Below, one piece after another: positions 30,426 to 39,857 of a stretch of 64,000 nt of DNA. Source of the DNA: Planctomycetota bacterium (GTDB lineage Bacteria; Planctomycetota; B15-G4; JADJEK01). Where the stretch lies: NCBI GenBank assembly GCA_044225365.1, contig JBGAIQ010000002.1, positions 1-64,000 of the forward strand. Direction: 5' to 3'. The notes beneath the pieces are model-generated. The model had not been told where the DNA came from, did not search any database, and saw nothing but the letters and a program-made list of their open reading frames with translations. The position numbers and the translations under genes were made by a program. Position 1 is the stretch's first letter; every line of letters begins with the position of its first letter.

Positions 30426-31124
30426 ATGTTGCGCATCCGTCCCGCCGCCCAGCGCGGTGTCGCAAGGTTCGACGGCGTCGACAGCCGCCACAGTTTCTCG
30501 TTCGGCGACTACTTCGATCCCGAGTTCATGGGCTTTCGGGCGCTGCGTGTGATCAACGAAGATCGCGTCGCGGCGAAGACGGGATTTCCGCGGCATCCCC
30601 ATCGCGACATGGAGATCCTGACCTACGTGCTCTCGGGACAGCTCGAGCACAAGGACAGCCTCGGGAACGGGGCGATCATCAAGCCGGGCGAGATCCAGTA
30701 CATGTCGGCGGGCTCCGGGATCCAGCACAGCGAGATGAACCCGTCGAAGGACGAGCAGGTCCATCTGCTGCAGATCTGGATCCTGCCGACGCAGCGCGGC
30801 ACTCCGCCGCGCTACGGGCAGAACGCGATCGAGGGTTACAAGCAACCGGGCAAGGTGTGCCTTCTCGCCTCGAAGGACGGTCGCGACGGATCGATCGAGA
30901 TCCGCCAGGACGTCGATCTGTTCGCGGCGTTTCCCTCGGCGAAACAGCCCGTCACGATCGCGCTGAAGGACAACCGCGCGGCGTGGATCCAGGTCGCTGG
31001 CGGATCCGTGCGGGTGAACGGCAAGGCCCTCGGTCAGGGCGATGGTGCGTCGAGCGAAGGCGATTCGGCGCTGCGCATCGAATCGGATTCCGATGCGGAA
31101 GTGCTCGTCTTCGACATGGTGTGA
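30426..31124 (+). CDS. Pirin family protein (YhhW-like)
   Basis: SRHSFSFGDYFDP, LRVINED, GFPRHPHRDMEI, HKDSLGN, MSAGSGIQHSE, LLQIWI. Confidence 0.95.
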   Translation: MLRIRPAAQRGVARFDGVDSRHSFSFGDYFDPEFMGFRALRVINEDRVAAKTGFPRHPHRDMEILTYVLSGQLEHKDSLGNGAIIKPGEIQYMSAGSGIQHSEMNPSKDEQVHLLQIWILPTQRGTPPRYGQNAIEGYKQPGKVCLLASKDGRDGSIEIRQDVDLFAAFPSAKQPVTIALKDNRAAWIQVAGGSVRVNGKALGQGDGASSEGDSALRIESDSDAEVLVFDMV

Positions 31125-31142
31125 GTCGCGGCGAAGTCTTCG

Positions 31143-32357
31143 TCAGAACGTCTGAACGACGAGATTCGATACGCGGCAACTGCCGATCTCGACGACCTGC
31201 AGTACGACCGGGGTTCCGGGCGGAATGCCCGAAGCGTCGGCGTAGATGTGGATCTCGCCATTGCCGTCCGCCGTCATCGGCAACACGATGGGTGCCGCGA
31301 CTCCGATCCACTTCTTCGCGCACGGCGCGGCGGGTGTCGATTGAGTGGCCGTGCCCGCGAGGAGGAGGACGCTTGCGCCGGGCGTCGCGCCGCGGATCGC
31401 GAGCGTGTTGATCACACCCGCGGCGCCCGGATTCGGCCGCGATAGATGTAGATCGCGATCGGGAAGGAGCCCGACGAACGTCGCGCCGACGAGACCCGGC
31501 GTGCCGTTCGGGACGACGGTCGAGACGATCGCCTTCGTCGAGCCATCGAAGCGGACGACGTGGTTCAGGTTGTCGCTGGAGACGAAGATGTCGCCGCTGT
31601 CGGGGTCGATGAGCAGGCCCGCCGGCGTCCCCGTCGTCGCGAAGATGTCGATGAACTGACCATTCGGCTTGTAGCGCAGCACGCGAGCGTTGCCCCAACT
31701 CGTGATGTAGGCGACGCCGTCGCCGCGAAAGCGGATCACGCGCGGGCGCGACATCGGCGTTCCGTTCCCTCCGGCGAACGTTCCGAGCAGCGCGCCGGTC
31801 TTGCCGTCGAACTTCAATACGCGGTTCGAGAAGAAGCTCGGCACGTACAGGTTGCCGTCGGGGCCGAACGTCATGCCGGCGTCGGGACCATTGAGGCCGC
31901 CCGTACCCGCCGGGATGAACGTATCGAGGAATTGCCCCGTGACGCCGTCGTAGCGCAACACGGAATCGCCGTCGAATGCCGCGACGTAGAGCTTGCCGTC
32001 CTCGCCCATCACGGCCGCCGTGGGCCCCTGGAGCCCGCCGGTTTCGTCGATCGGCGTCGCGGGATCGTCGGCGACGAGCGTGTTCAGGAAGTTGCCCAGT
32101 CCGTCGAACCGCAACACCTGCTTTGCTTCTTCGCACGCGATGATGAGGGAACCATCGGGTGCGTAGAGCAGTGACTGCGCGCCGGGCATCGACCCGATCG
32201 CTCCGATCGAGCCGTTCGGTGTGCCGTCGAACTTGAATCGCAACACCGATCCGCCGGTGTAGCTCGTCACGATGAGATCGGGATCGCTCGCGACGGCGAG
32301 CGACGCAGGCGCGAGGGCGAGCGCGAAGAGGATGGACGCGCGACAAGACGAACTCAT
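31143..32357 (-). CDS. Secreted NHL/Vgb-like beta-propeller protein with C-terminal domain
   Basis: Signal peptide; repeats (F/M)G(P/E)DG.LYV....VLR(Y/F)DG.TG; C-terminal LQVVE....SNLVVQTF; GGGAG RBS before ATG 32357. Confidence 0.85.
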   Translation of the reverse strand: MSSSCRASILFALALAPASLAVASDPDLIVTSYTGGSVLRFKFDGTPNGSIGAIGSMPGAQSLLYAPDGSLIIACEEAKQVLRFDGLGNFLNTLVADDPATPIDETGGLQGPTAAVMGEDGKLYVAAFDGDSVLRYDGVTGQFLDTFIPAGTGGLNGPDAGMTFGPDGNLYVPSFFSNRVLKFDGKTGALLGTFAGGNGTPMSRPRVIRFRGDGVAYITSWGNARVLRYKPNGQFIDIFATTGTPAGLLIDPDSGDIFVSSDNLNHVVRFDGSTKAIVSTVVPNGTPGLVGATFVGLLPDRDLHLSRPNPGAAGVINTLAIRGATPGASVLLLAGTATQSTPAAPCAKKWIGVAAPIVLPMTADGNGEIHIYADASGIPPGTPVVLQVVEIGSCRVSNLVVQTF

Positions 32358-32440
32358 GGTGACTCCCAATCGTCGCAGCGGCCGCGGCGGACTGCTCCGA
32401 CGACGGAGTCGAGTCTCCGACATGGGACGGCGCCAGGCTG

Positions 32441-33340
32441 TCACGATCTTGCGCGCATCGCACGCAGGTCGGTGCGATATCGCGACGGAGTCTTCGTGTA
32501 GGCGCGACGAAACCGGTTCGTGAAGTGACTGTGACTCGAGAAGCCGAGCTCGAACGCGATCTTCGTCAGGTCGCAATCGGGATCGTCCCGCAGGCGCACC
32601 AGCGCGAGCGCGAGCCGCGTGTGGTCGCGGAAATCGCGCAATGTCACACCGTGATGCTCGTGGAAGACGCGCGAGAGGTGGAATGGCGAGGTGCCGAGTT
32701 CGGCTGCGAGGGTGACGAGGGAGAGTGGTTCGCAGCAACGGCGTGCGACGAGCCCCGCGGCATCGAATGCGAGCTTCCGGCGTGAAGCGAGCGTGTGAGG
32801 GACGGCTCGCGGTGGGCCCAGCGCTTCGGTGAGAATCTGGCGGGCGACCTCGACCGCGGCCTCCTCGGCGCGGAGCGCGTCGCCATTCCGTGGATCGCAG
32901 GTCTTGAGGTCGTGGAAGGCGAGGTGCGCCGCGAGCAGCGTGCTTCGCGACAACGGTGCATCGCTGATGCGGAACATCCGGCCCGCGCGCTCCACCGCGG
33001 AGGGATCGAACTCGTGGAGCACGGACGCGAGGAATGCATCGTCGAGCGCGAAGTAATACCCCTCATCGCAGAAGCCGTACGGATGACTCGTGCGGTAAGT
33101 GTCGGCGGGATTGAAATAGACGGAGTGTCCGGGCGCGACGAGGATCTCGCGATGGCCGTGATGCTTCACGTAGACGCCGTGCGTCGCGATGTTGAACGAG
33201 TGACGGGTCGATACCTGTTCGGGGCCACGTCCGACGTTGAGGTGCGCGCAGTGATATATCCCGAAGCGGACGTGTTCGCCCTGGAAGACGAGTTCATACG
33301 TCTTTCGTCCGTCGGGGAGTTGCGTGAGGCCGTGTGCCAT
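32441..33340 (-). CDS. AraC family transcriptional regulator
   Basis: N-terminal cupin-like domain; LAAELGTSPFHLSRVF and IAFELGFSSHSHFTNRFRRAYTKTPS. Confidence 0.93.
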   Translation of the reverse strand: MAHGLTQLPDGRKTYELVFQGEHVRFGIYHCAHLNVGRGPEQVSTRHSFNIATHGVYVKHHGHREILVAPGHSVYFNPADTYRTSHPYGFCDEGYYFALDDAFLASVLHEFDPSAVERAGRMFRISDAPLSRSTLLAAHLAFHDLKTCDPRNGDALRAEEAAVEVARQILTEALGPPRAVPHTLASRRKLAFDAAGLVARRCCEPLSLVTLAAELGTSPFHLSRVFHEHHGVTLRDFRDHTRLALALVRLRDDPDCDLTKIAFELGFSSHSHFTNRFRRAYTKTPSRYRTDLRAMRARS

Positions 33341-33424
33341 GTGTGTACTTCTCGCTCGTGCTCGTTCGATACGGCGTGGAGCGCGATCTGCTGGAAGTTT
33401 CTCGATCTGGCCCCGTGACGAAGA

Positions 33425-34723
33425 GTGATGTCGATGGAGTGTCCGAGTCTGGATCCGCGCCTCGAACTCCTGGTAGCGCGGGAGGTCGAAGCCGGTAACA
33501 AGGTCGCAGCCCGAGGCGAGGCGTACGACGGCCGCATGTCGGTCCGACTCGAGCGCCCGTTCCACGAGGAATACCGCGCGACCCTCGGCGAACCTGGGAT
33601 CCTCTACCGTCGCGACGTGAAGAGCGACGGACCCGCCCCGTATCGATATGACGAGGAGTATCTCGAGACCGCTTCCTGCTTCGTCAAGGCGCCCTCGCCG
33701 GACCGCGACGGCAGGAAGGAGCGGGTCGCGCGATCGAAGGGGATCCAGCTCGACTCGAAGAACTGGCTTCGGTCAGGTCCCCCGGATCGACATGAGCGAC
33801 TCGGAGCGATCGCGGACGCGATCGAGCGCGAACTGCGGCGCCTCGGCGTCTGGATGACGAGCCCACCCGCGAGAGTACCGGAGTTCAAGGCGGCATTCGG
33901 CGCGGACGTCCTGCCTTTCGTCCACTGGATCCAGCTCGTGATGGTGCCGCGAGTCAGGGAGATCGCGGCGACGCGCGCAGCGATCCCTGGGCGGGGCGTC
34001 GCGGCGTACGCCGTGCGAGAGTTCGACGGCCAGGACGAGTATCGCGGACTGGAGCAATTGCTCTACGCACTCGACGAGATCTGCACGCCGCAGGCGCGAC
34101 CGCAGATCCGCCTCATGGGTTGGCGCCAGATCGGAGCCGCCTTGCTCCTCTTCGCGATCGCGATCCCGCTCGCGCTGTTCGGCATTCAGTTCTCGACGCG
34201 CATGAACGACGAGATCGACCACCGTTTCCCGCCTCGGTTCATCCTATCCGCGCAACTCGAAGGCTTGGAGTCGAACGCCATCCGATGGGTGGAGCTGTTC
34301 GTGGAAGGCGTGGAGAAGAGTGAGGGCGCGATCGCGACGGAGTCGTGCACGCTGGTCACCGTCCGCAGCTCGACATTGCGGATCGGCGTGCGTCCGCTCG
34401 CGCTCTCCGCAGGCGAGCCGATCGATCCGCATCGCATCGCCGCGTGGCTCGGAGAATGGGGGGCGCCCATCGACGCCGCGTCGACGACCTCGGACGCGAA
34501 CAAGATCCGTGAGACGGCGGAGTCGTTCTTCGCCTCGAAGACGAAGTCCGAGCTGATGGCGAAGCGCGAGGTGAGCGGAACGCGCGTCGAGCCCGCGACG
34601 GAATGCACCGTGTTTCCGGGCCGCGCATCCGAGACGGTTCACAACCTCGTACTGCTCGCGACGCTGATCATCCTCCTCGTGCCGCTCCCCTTCGCCGCTC
34701 TCTGGGTCCGGCGCAGGCTGTGA
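33425..34723 (+). CDS. Membrane protein containing a YqcC-like (DUF446) domain
   Basis: Central ADAIERELRRLGVW...AFGADVLPFVHWIQLV..PRV matches the YqcC pattern; two transmembrane helices flank a ~150-aa loop. Confidence 0.65.
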   Translation: MMSMECPSLDPRLELLVAREVEAGNKVAARGEAYDGRMSVRLERPFHEEYRATLGEPGILYRRDVKSDGPAPYRYDEEYLETASCFVKAPSPDRDGRKERVARSKGIQLDSKNWLRSGPPDRHERLGAIADAIERELRRLGVWMTSPPARVPEFKAAFGADVLPFVHWIQLVMVPRVREIAATRAAIPGRGVAAYAVREFDGQDEYRGLEQLLYALDEICTPQARPQIRLMGWRQIGAALLLFAIAIPLALFGIQFSTRMNDEIDHRFPPRFILSAQLEGLESNAIRWVELFVEGVEKSEGAIATESCTLVTVRSSTLRIGVRPLALSAGEPIDPHRIAAWLGEWGAPIDAASTTSDANKIRETAESFFASKTKSELMAKREVSGTRVEPATECTVFPGRASETVHNLVLLATLIILLVPLPFAALWVRRRL

Positions 34724-34836
34724 CGACGCGCATCGGTTCCTGGACCGCCGCGCTCCAGAGCGGCTCCGATGTGTCTTCGCCCGTCCGAGAGGGTTGATGG
34801 GCACGAAATGGGGTATTCGCGTTCGATCGAAGTATG

Positions 34837-34881
34837 CGAATAAAAATTCACGATAGCGCGCAGCGAAAGCATGATTATTCT
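34837..34881. promoter_or_regulatory. Two ARG boxes (ArgR operators)
   Basis: CGAATAAAAATTCA (34837-34850) and AGCATGATTATTCT (34868-34881) resemble the TG(A/C)ATwwwwATTCA consensus and lie directly upstream of argR. Confidence 0.8.
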
Positions 34882-34888
34882 TTCTCCG

Positions 34889-35332
34889 ATGAGTCGAACA
34901 CAGGACCGTCGACGCACGATCGCGGCGTTGCTCGCCGAGCGGGACATCCGCAGCCAGAAGGAGCTGCGGTCCGCGCTCGCGCGCCGTGGGCATCGAGCTT
35001 CGCAGCCCGTGTTGTCGCGCGATCTGCGCGCGATGAAGGTTGCGAAGAGCAACGGCATCTACCGCGTGTTCGATCAAGAGCGGGTCACTCCGCTCGAAGG
35101 TCTGAAGGCATTGCTGCGCGGAGTGGAGCCGGCGAACCACTTCGTCATCGTGTTCTGCGAGCCGGGCGCGGGTTCGGCCGTCGCGCGTGCGATCGACCAG
35201 TCGGAGACCGAGGGTCTCGTCGGCACGATCGCGGGCGACGATGCGGTGCTCGTTGCGTTGGACTCACCTTCGGCCGCGCGCGACGTGAGGCGTCGGGTCG
35301 GCGATCTCATCACTACGGCGGTTGGAGACTGA
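34889..35332 (+). CDS. argR: Arginine repressor
   Basis: IRSQKEL, ASQPVLSRDL, PGAGSAVARAID, GTIAGDD. Confidence 0.95.
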   Translation: MSRTQDRRRTIAALLAERDIRSQKELRSALARRGHRASQPVLSRDLRAMKVAKSNGIYRVFDQERVTPLEGLKALLRGVEPANHFVIVFCEPGAGSAVARAIDQSETEGLVGTIAGDDAVLVALDSPSAARDVRRRVGDLITTAVGD

Positions 35333-35333
35333 C

Positions 35334-36551
35334 ATGCGCGTGCTCCTTGGATACTCCGGTGGACTCGATACCTCGTTCCTCGTCGCGTGGCTCACGCGCG
35401 AGCAGAATGCGAGCGTGACGGCGCTCGCCGTGGATTGCGGCGGCTTCACCGTCGACGAGCGGAGCGAGATGGGAGAGCGCGCGATGGCGCTCGGCGCGAA
35501 GGAATTCCGCCTCGTCGACGCGCGCGCCGAGATGTTCGATCGCATGCTGCGATTCCTCGTCGCGGCGAACGTGAAGCGCGGCGGCGTCTACCCGCTCTGC
35601 GTCGGCGCCGAGCGTGGCTTGCAGGCCGAAGTCCTCGCCCGCGTCGCCCTCGAGGAAGGATTCGATGCGGTCGCCCACGGCTGCACCGCGGCGGGCAACG
35701 ACCAGGTGCGGTTCGAGGCAGCCCTTGGGACGATCGCGCCACAGCTCAAGGTCGTTGCACCGGTGCGCGACCTCGGTCTCGAGCGAGGGTTCGAACGCGA
35801 TTACCTGACGAAGGTCGGATTCCCACCGGCGGAATCGCGCGCCCGCTATTCCGTGAACCAGGGCCTGTGGGGTCTCACGATCGGCGGCGGCGAGATGGCG
35901 ACGAGCAGCGATCCTCTGCCCGAATCGGCGTGGGTCTGGACGAAGGGCGCGAACGAGCCGAATCGACTCGCGGCTTCTCTCGCGCTGAAGTTGTCGTTCC
36001 ACGACGGGATCCCCGTCGCCCTCGATGGCAAGGCCCTCGACAGCGTCACCCTCGTGGAGACGTTGAATCGGATCGGCGGCGAGTACGGCGTCGGCCGCGG
36101 CTACCACCTCGGCGACACCGTCCTCGGGATCAAGGGGCGCATCGCGTTCGAAGCGCCGGCCGCCGAAGTGATCCTGGCGGCGCACCGCGAACTCGAGAAG
36201 CTCGTGCTCACGGAGGAGCAGCGCTTCTGGAAGGACCATCTCGGCGAGGTGTACGGTCGGCGTCTGCATCAGGGCTTGTTCCACGACCCGTTCCAGCGCG
36301 ATCTCGAAGCGTTCTTCCTGTCGAGTCAATCGCGGGTGACGGGTGATGTGGTCGTGCGTCTCGCGCACGGCAAGGCGATCGTCGAGGGTACGACCTCGCC
36401 GTTCTCGCTGATGGCCGCGTCGGACGCCCGCTACGGCGAGCGTGCGGCCAAGGAGTCGGATCCGCGATCGGCCGTCGGTCTCGCGAGGTTGCTCGCGGAG
36501 CCGGGTCGATTGCATCGCCGGGCCGGGATGGCGAAGGGAGCCTCGCAATGA
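35334..36551 (+). CDS. argG: Argininosuccinate synthase (Xanthomonas/Bacteroidota-like type)
   Basis: YSGGLDTS, YPLCVGAER, HGCTAAGNDQVRF, YSVNQGLWG, GIKGRIAFEAP. Confidence 0.96.
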   Translation: MRVLLGYSGGLDTSFLVAWLTREQNASVTALAVDCGGFTVDERSEMGERAMALGAKEFRLVDARAEMFDRMLRFLVAANVKRGGVYPLCVGAERGLQAEVLARVALEEGFDAVAHGCTAAGNDQVRFEAALGTIAPQLKVVAPVRDLGLERGFERDYLTKVGFPPAESRARYSVNQGLWGLTIGGGEMATSSDPLPESAWVWTKGANEPNRLAASLALKLSFHDGIPVALDGKALDSVTLVETLNRIGGEYGVGRGYHLGDTVLGIKGRIAFEAPAAEVILAAHRELEKLVLTEEQRFWKDHLGEVYGRRLHQGLFHDPFQRDLEAFFLSSQSRVTGDVVVRLAHGKAIVEGTTSPFSLMAASDARYGERAAKESDPRSAVGLARLLAEPGRLHRRAGMAKGASQ

Positions 36552-37612
36552 GAAGGGTCGAGATCGACAAGATCGGGTCGGTGACGCTGCGTCTCCTCCT
36601 CGAGAAGAACGCGGTTCTCGGCGACGACATCCCCGCCGTCGAAGGCACGGTCGTCGCGGGCCGCGTGAAGAACGCGAAGACGACCTACAACACGCTCGAG
36701 GACGTCCACGGCCGCATGGTGACGCTCTACCCGGGCGACATCATCGCGGGCGCGCTCGGCCATCGCGACGCGCTCTATGGCTACTCCGGTCGCATTCCGT
36801 TGCACGTGCGACCGGGCGACGAACTGAACATCCTCAATCTCGGCGGTGTGATCGGTGAAGGCGCGACGGCAACGCCCGGCATCGGCGAGCCGTTTCGCAT
36901 CGAGGTCCTCGGCGCCGTGCTCGAGTTCCCGTACGTGGGGACGCGCGTCGGCGTCCCCGCCAACGTAGCGCGCGGAGCGCTTCCGCCGCTCGACTTGCCG
37001 CCGACCGGCGAGATGCCGCCCGTGATCGCTCTCGTCGGTACGTGCATGGACGCGGGCAAGACGACGGCGGCGAGCGTCATCATCGGTGAACTGGCGCGGG
37101 CGGGCAAACGCGTCGCCGCAGGCAAGCTCACCGGTGTGTCGCTGCGCAAGGACGTCCTTTCGATGAAGGACTGCGGCGCCGAACCCGCGCTGTTGTTCAC
37201 CGATTTCGGCATCGTGACGACGAGCGACACGACGGCGGCCGCCACCGGCAAATCGCTCCTCGCGCACCTCGTCGAATCGGAGCCCGACATCATCGTCCTC
37301 GAACTTGGCGACGGCCTGCTCGGCACGTATGGCGTGCGTGCCCTTCTCGAGGACATCGCGTTCCGCTCGTCGCTGACCGCGGTCGCCCTCTGCGCTCAGG
37401 ACCCGGTCGGCGCGTGGGGCGGTCAGCAGATCCTGCGCGATCGCTACGGTCTCGAGGTGGCGGTGGTGTGCGGCCGCGTGACCGACACTCCGACGGGACT
37501 TCGATTCTGTCGCGAGAAGCTCGAGGTCTCGGCCTGGAACGCGTTGCATGACGGGCCGCAACTCGTCGGCGCGCTCGAAGCGGCGATCGCCCGTAAGGCG
37601 GCGAATCGATGA
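36548..37612 (+). CDS. DUF1611/DgcN-like P-loop protein; candidate alternative N-acylglutamate synthase
   Basis: VGTCMDAGKTT P-loop, GKLTG, FTDFG, ELGDGLLG. ATGA overlaps with both argG and argC. Function is inferred from context. Confidence 0.7.
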   Translation: MRRVEIDKIGSVTLRLLLEKNAVLGDDIPAVEGTVVAGRVKNAKTTYNTLEDVHGRMVTLYPGDIIAGALGHRDALYGYSGRIPLHVRPGDELNILNLGGVIGEGATATPGIGEPFRIEVLGAVLEFPYVGTRVGVPANVARGALPPLDLPPTGEMPPVIALVGTCMDAGKTTAASVIIGELARAGKRVAAGKLTGVSLRKDVLSMKDCGAEPALLFTDFGIVTTSDTTAAATGKSLLAHLVESEPDIIVLELGDGLLGTYGVRALLEDIAFRSSLTAVALCAQDPVGAWGGQQILRDRYGLEVAVVCGRVTDTPTGLRFCREKLEVSAWNALHDGPQLVGALEAAIARKAANR

Positions 37613-38703
37613 CGAACGAAGACCCGCGCGGCGCCTCGGTCCCGCTCGTGCTGTTCGGCGCGAGCGGATTGCTCGCAGGCGAACTGCTTCGCCTGCTCGA
37701 GAATCATCCGTCGTTGCGTCTCGCCGTCGCCAGCACGCGCGAGGGCGGCAGTCTCGCCGATGCGCAGCCGCATCTCTCTTTCGCTCCTGTATCGATTCCG
37801 ATCGAGGCGGCGATGGAGCAGTGCGTCGCACTCGCGGCGGAGGGTCGCGTGGCGATCGCGTTCGCACTTCCGCACGGCGAATCGGCGACGTTGTGGAAGA
37901 GTCTGCGATCTCGTCTCGGTTCGAACGCGACGAACGCGGTCGTCGTCGATCTCGGTGCCGATTACCGCATTTCGGACCTTTCGAAGTACTCGAAGGTCTA
38001 CGGCGCGCCGCATCCCGACGCCGCCGAAGTCGCGAACTTCGTCTACGGCCTTCCCGAGTTCCACCGCGCGGCATTGCGCGAGTCCACACGCGCTGCGGCG
38101 GGCGGCTGTTTCGCGACGGCGATGCAGCTCGCGATCGTTCCCGCGTTCGCTTCGGGTCTCGCCGATTCGTCGCGCCCGATCCTCGTGAGCGGGATCACCG
38201 GATCCTCGGGTTCGGGAAACAAGCCCGCGCCGAACACGCATCACCCGCATCGTGCGGGAAACCTCTGGGCCTACTCGCTCACCGGGCATCGTCACGAAGC
38301 AGAGCTCGAACAGGCGCTCGCGAGCGCCCCGATCGACGGCGTACCGTCGATCCACTTCGTCCCGCATTCGGGACCCTTCGTGCGGGGTATCCACCTCACG
38401 GCGTTCGTGGCATTGCGCGCAGGGGCGACGGGAGCCACGGCTCGCGACGCATACCGCGCGCGCTTCGCGAACGAGCCCTTCGTGACCGTGCTCGAGAAGG
38501 GCACGCCCGACCTGCGTCGAATCGTGGGTTCGAATCGCGCGTGCCTCGCGCTCGAATCGCGCGGCGACGTGCTCACGGTCTGCCTCACGCTCGACAACAT
38601 CACCAAGGGCGGGGCGGGTCAGGCGCTGCAGTGTCTCAATCTCATGCTCGGCGTCGAAGAGACGGCCGGGTTGCCGCGAACCGGTCTGGGAGTCTCGGGA
38701 TGA
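37609..38703 (+). CDS. argC: N-acetyl(acyl)-gamma-glutamyl-phosphate reductase
   Basis: GASG, ALPHG, DLGADYR, YGLPE, GCFATA, GSSGSG, HRH..E, RGI, DNITKGGAGQA. Confidence 0.95.
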   Translation: MTNEDPRGASVPLVLFGASGLLAGELLRLLENHPSLRLAVASTREGGSLADAQPHLSFAPVSIPIEAAMEQCVALAAEGRVAIAFALPHGESATLWKSLRSRLGSNATNAVVVDLGADYRISDLSKYSKVYGAPHPDAAEVANFVYGLPEFHRAALRESTRAAAGGCFATAMQLAIVPAFASGLADSSRPILVSGITGSSGSGNKPAPNTHHPHRAGNLWAYSLTGHRHEAELEQALASAPIDGVPSIHFVPHSGPFVRGIHLTAFVALRAGATGATARDAYRARFANEPFVTVLEKGTPDLRRIVGSNRACLALESRGDVLTVCLTLDNITKGGAGQALQCLNLMLGVEETAGLPRTGLGVSG

Positions 38704-39857
38704 GTCTTGCTGAATGGAATGCGTATTCGCGTCTGCCTCTCGATGTCGTTCGAGCCGAGGGATCCGAGCTGATCCTGCGCGACGGCCGTCGCGTCCTCGA
38801 TCTCTACGGAGGGCACTGCGTCCTCTCTCTCGGCGCCGGCAATTCGCTGCTCGCCGACACGCTGGCCGCGCAGTGGAAGGATCTCGGGTTCGTGACGAAT
38901 CTGCTCGATCACGCCCCGCGTCATCACTTCCTCGCCGCATTCGAGAAGAACCTGCCCGCAGGCGACTGGCGCGTGTTCTGTTCGAACAGCGGGGCCGAGG
39001 CCAACGAGAACGCGCTGAAGTGCGCGCTCTCGGCGACGGGTCGTGAGCGCGTCGTCGCGTTCTCCGGCGCCTTCCACGGACGTACCGCGGCCGCGAACGC
39101 CGTGACCGACACCACGAAGAAGGCCACGCCGCGAACGCCGTTCGACGTCGTGCGCATTCCGTGGGGCGATATCGAGAAGTCGCGCGCAGCGATCGACTCC
39201 ACGGTCGCCGCGGTGATCCTGGAGCCGATTCAATCGCTCGCGGGCGTCGTCGATCCTCCCGAAGGTTTCTTGCAGGCTCTCCGGCAAGCGTGCGACGCCG
39301 CCGGCGCCGCGCTCGTCTTCGACGAGGTCCAGACCGGCAATGGGCGGCTAGGCACGCCGTGGGCGAGCCAGTACTTCCACGTGACTCCGGATCTGTTCAC
39401 GACGGCGAAGGGCGCCGCGGGCGGCATCCCGATCGGGCTCACCGTCGCGAAGACGGCATGGGCCGACAAGGTTCCCGGCGCGCTCTTCGGCTCGACGTTC
39501 GGCGGCGGCCCGATGCCGCTCGCGCTCGCGACGATCGTCTCCGAAGCGATCGGCACCGAGGGTTTCCTCGCCAACGTCCAGGCCGCGTCGCGTGCGTTCG
39601 CGGCGGCGGGGTCGCATTATCCGGTGAAGCGAGTTCGCGGCGCGGGACTGCTCCTCGGCCTCGAACTCGAAGCGGGTTTCGAGGCGAAGAAGATCCGCGA
39701 TCTCCTGCTCGCGCACGACGTCCTCGTCGGCACCTGCGACGACCCGAAGGTCCTGCGACTCTGCCCCTCGCTGACGATCGCTCCCTCGGAAGCGCGACGA
39801 CTGCGTCACGCGCTCGAAGCCGTCGCGGCGACGATCGGAACGAGCGCCGCGCGATGA
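38700..39857 (+). CDS. argD: Acetylornithine/succinylornithine aminotransferase
   Basis: NSGAEANENALK, AFHGRT, EPIQ, FDEVQTG, AKG, GSTFGG, VRGAGL; ATGA overlap with argC. Confidence 0.92.
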   Translation: MSLAEWNAYSRLPLDVVRAEGSELILRDGRRVLDLYGGHCVLSLGAGNSLLADTLAAQWKDLGFVTNLLDHAPRHHFLAAFEKNLPAGDWRVFCSNSGAEANENALKCALSATGRERVVAFSGAFHGRTAAANAVTDTTKKATPRTPFDVVRIPWGDIEKSRAAIDSTVAAVILEPIQSLAGVVDPPEGFLQALRQACDAAGAALVFDEVQTGNGRLGTPWASQYFHVTPDLFTTAKGAAGGIPIGLTVAKTAWADKVPGALFGSTFGGGPMPLALATIVSEAIGTEGFLANVQAASRAFAAAGSHYPVKRVRGAGLLLGLELEAGFEAKKIRDLLLAHDVLVGTCDDPKVLRLCPSLTIAPSEARRLRHALEAVAATIGTSAAR

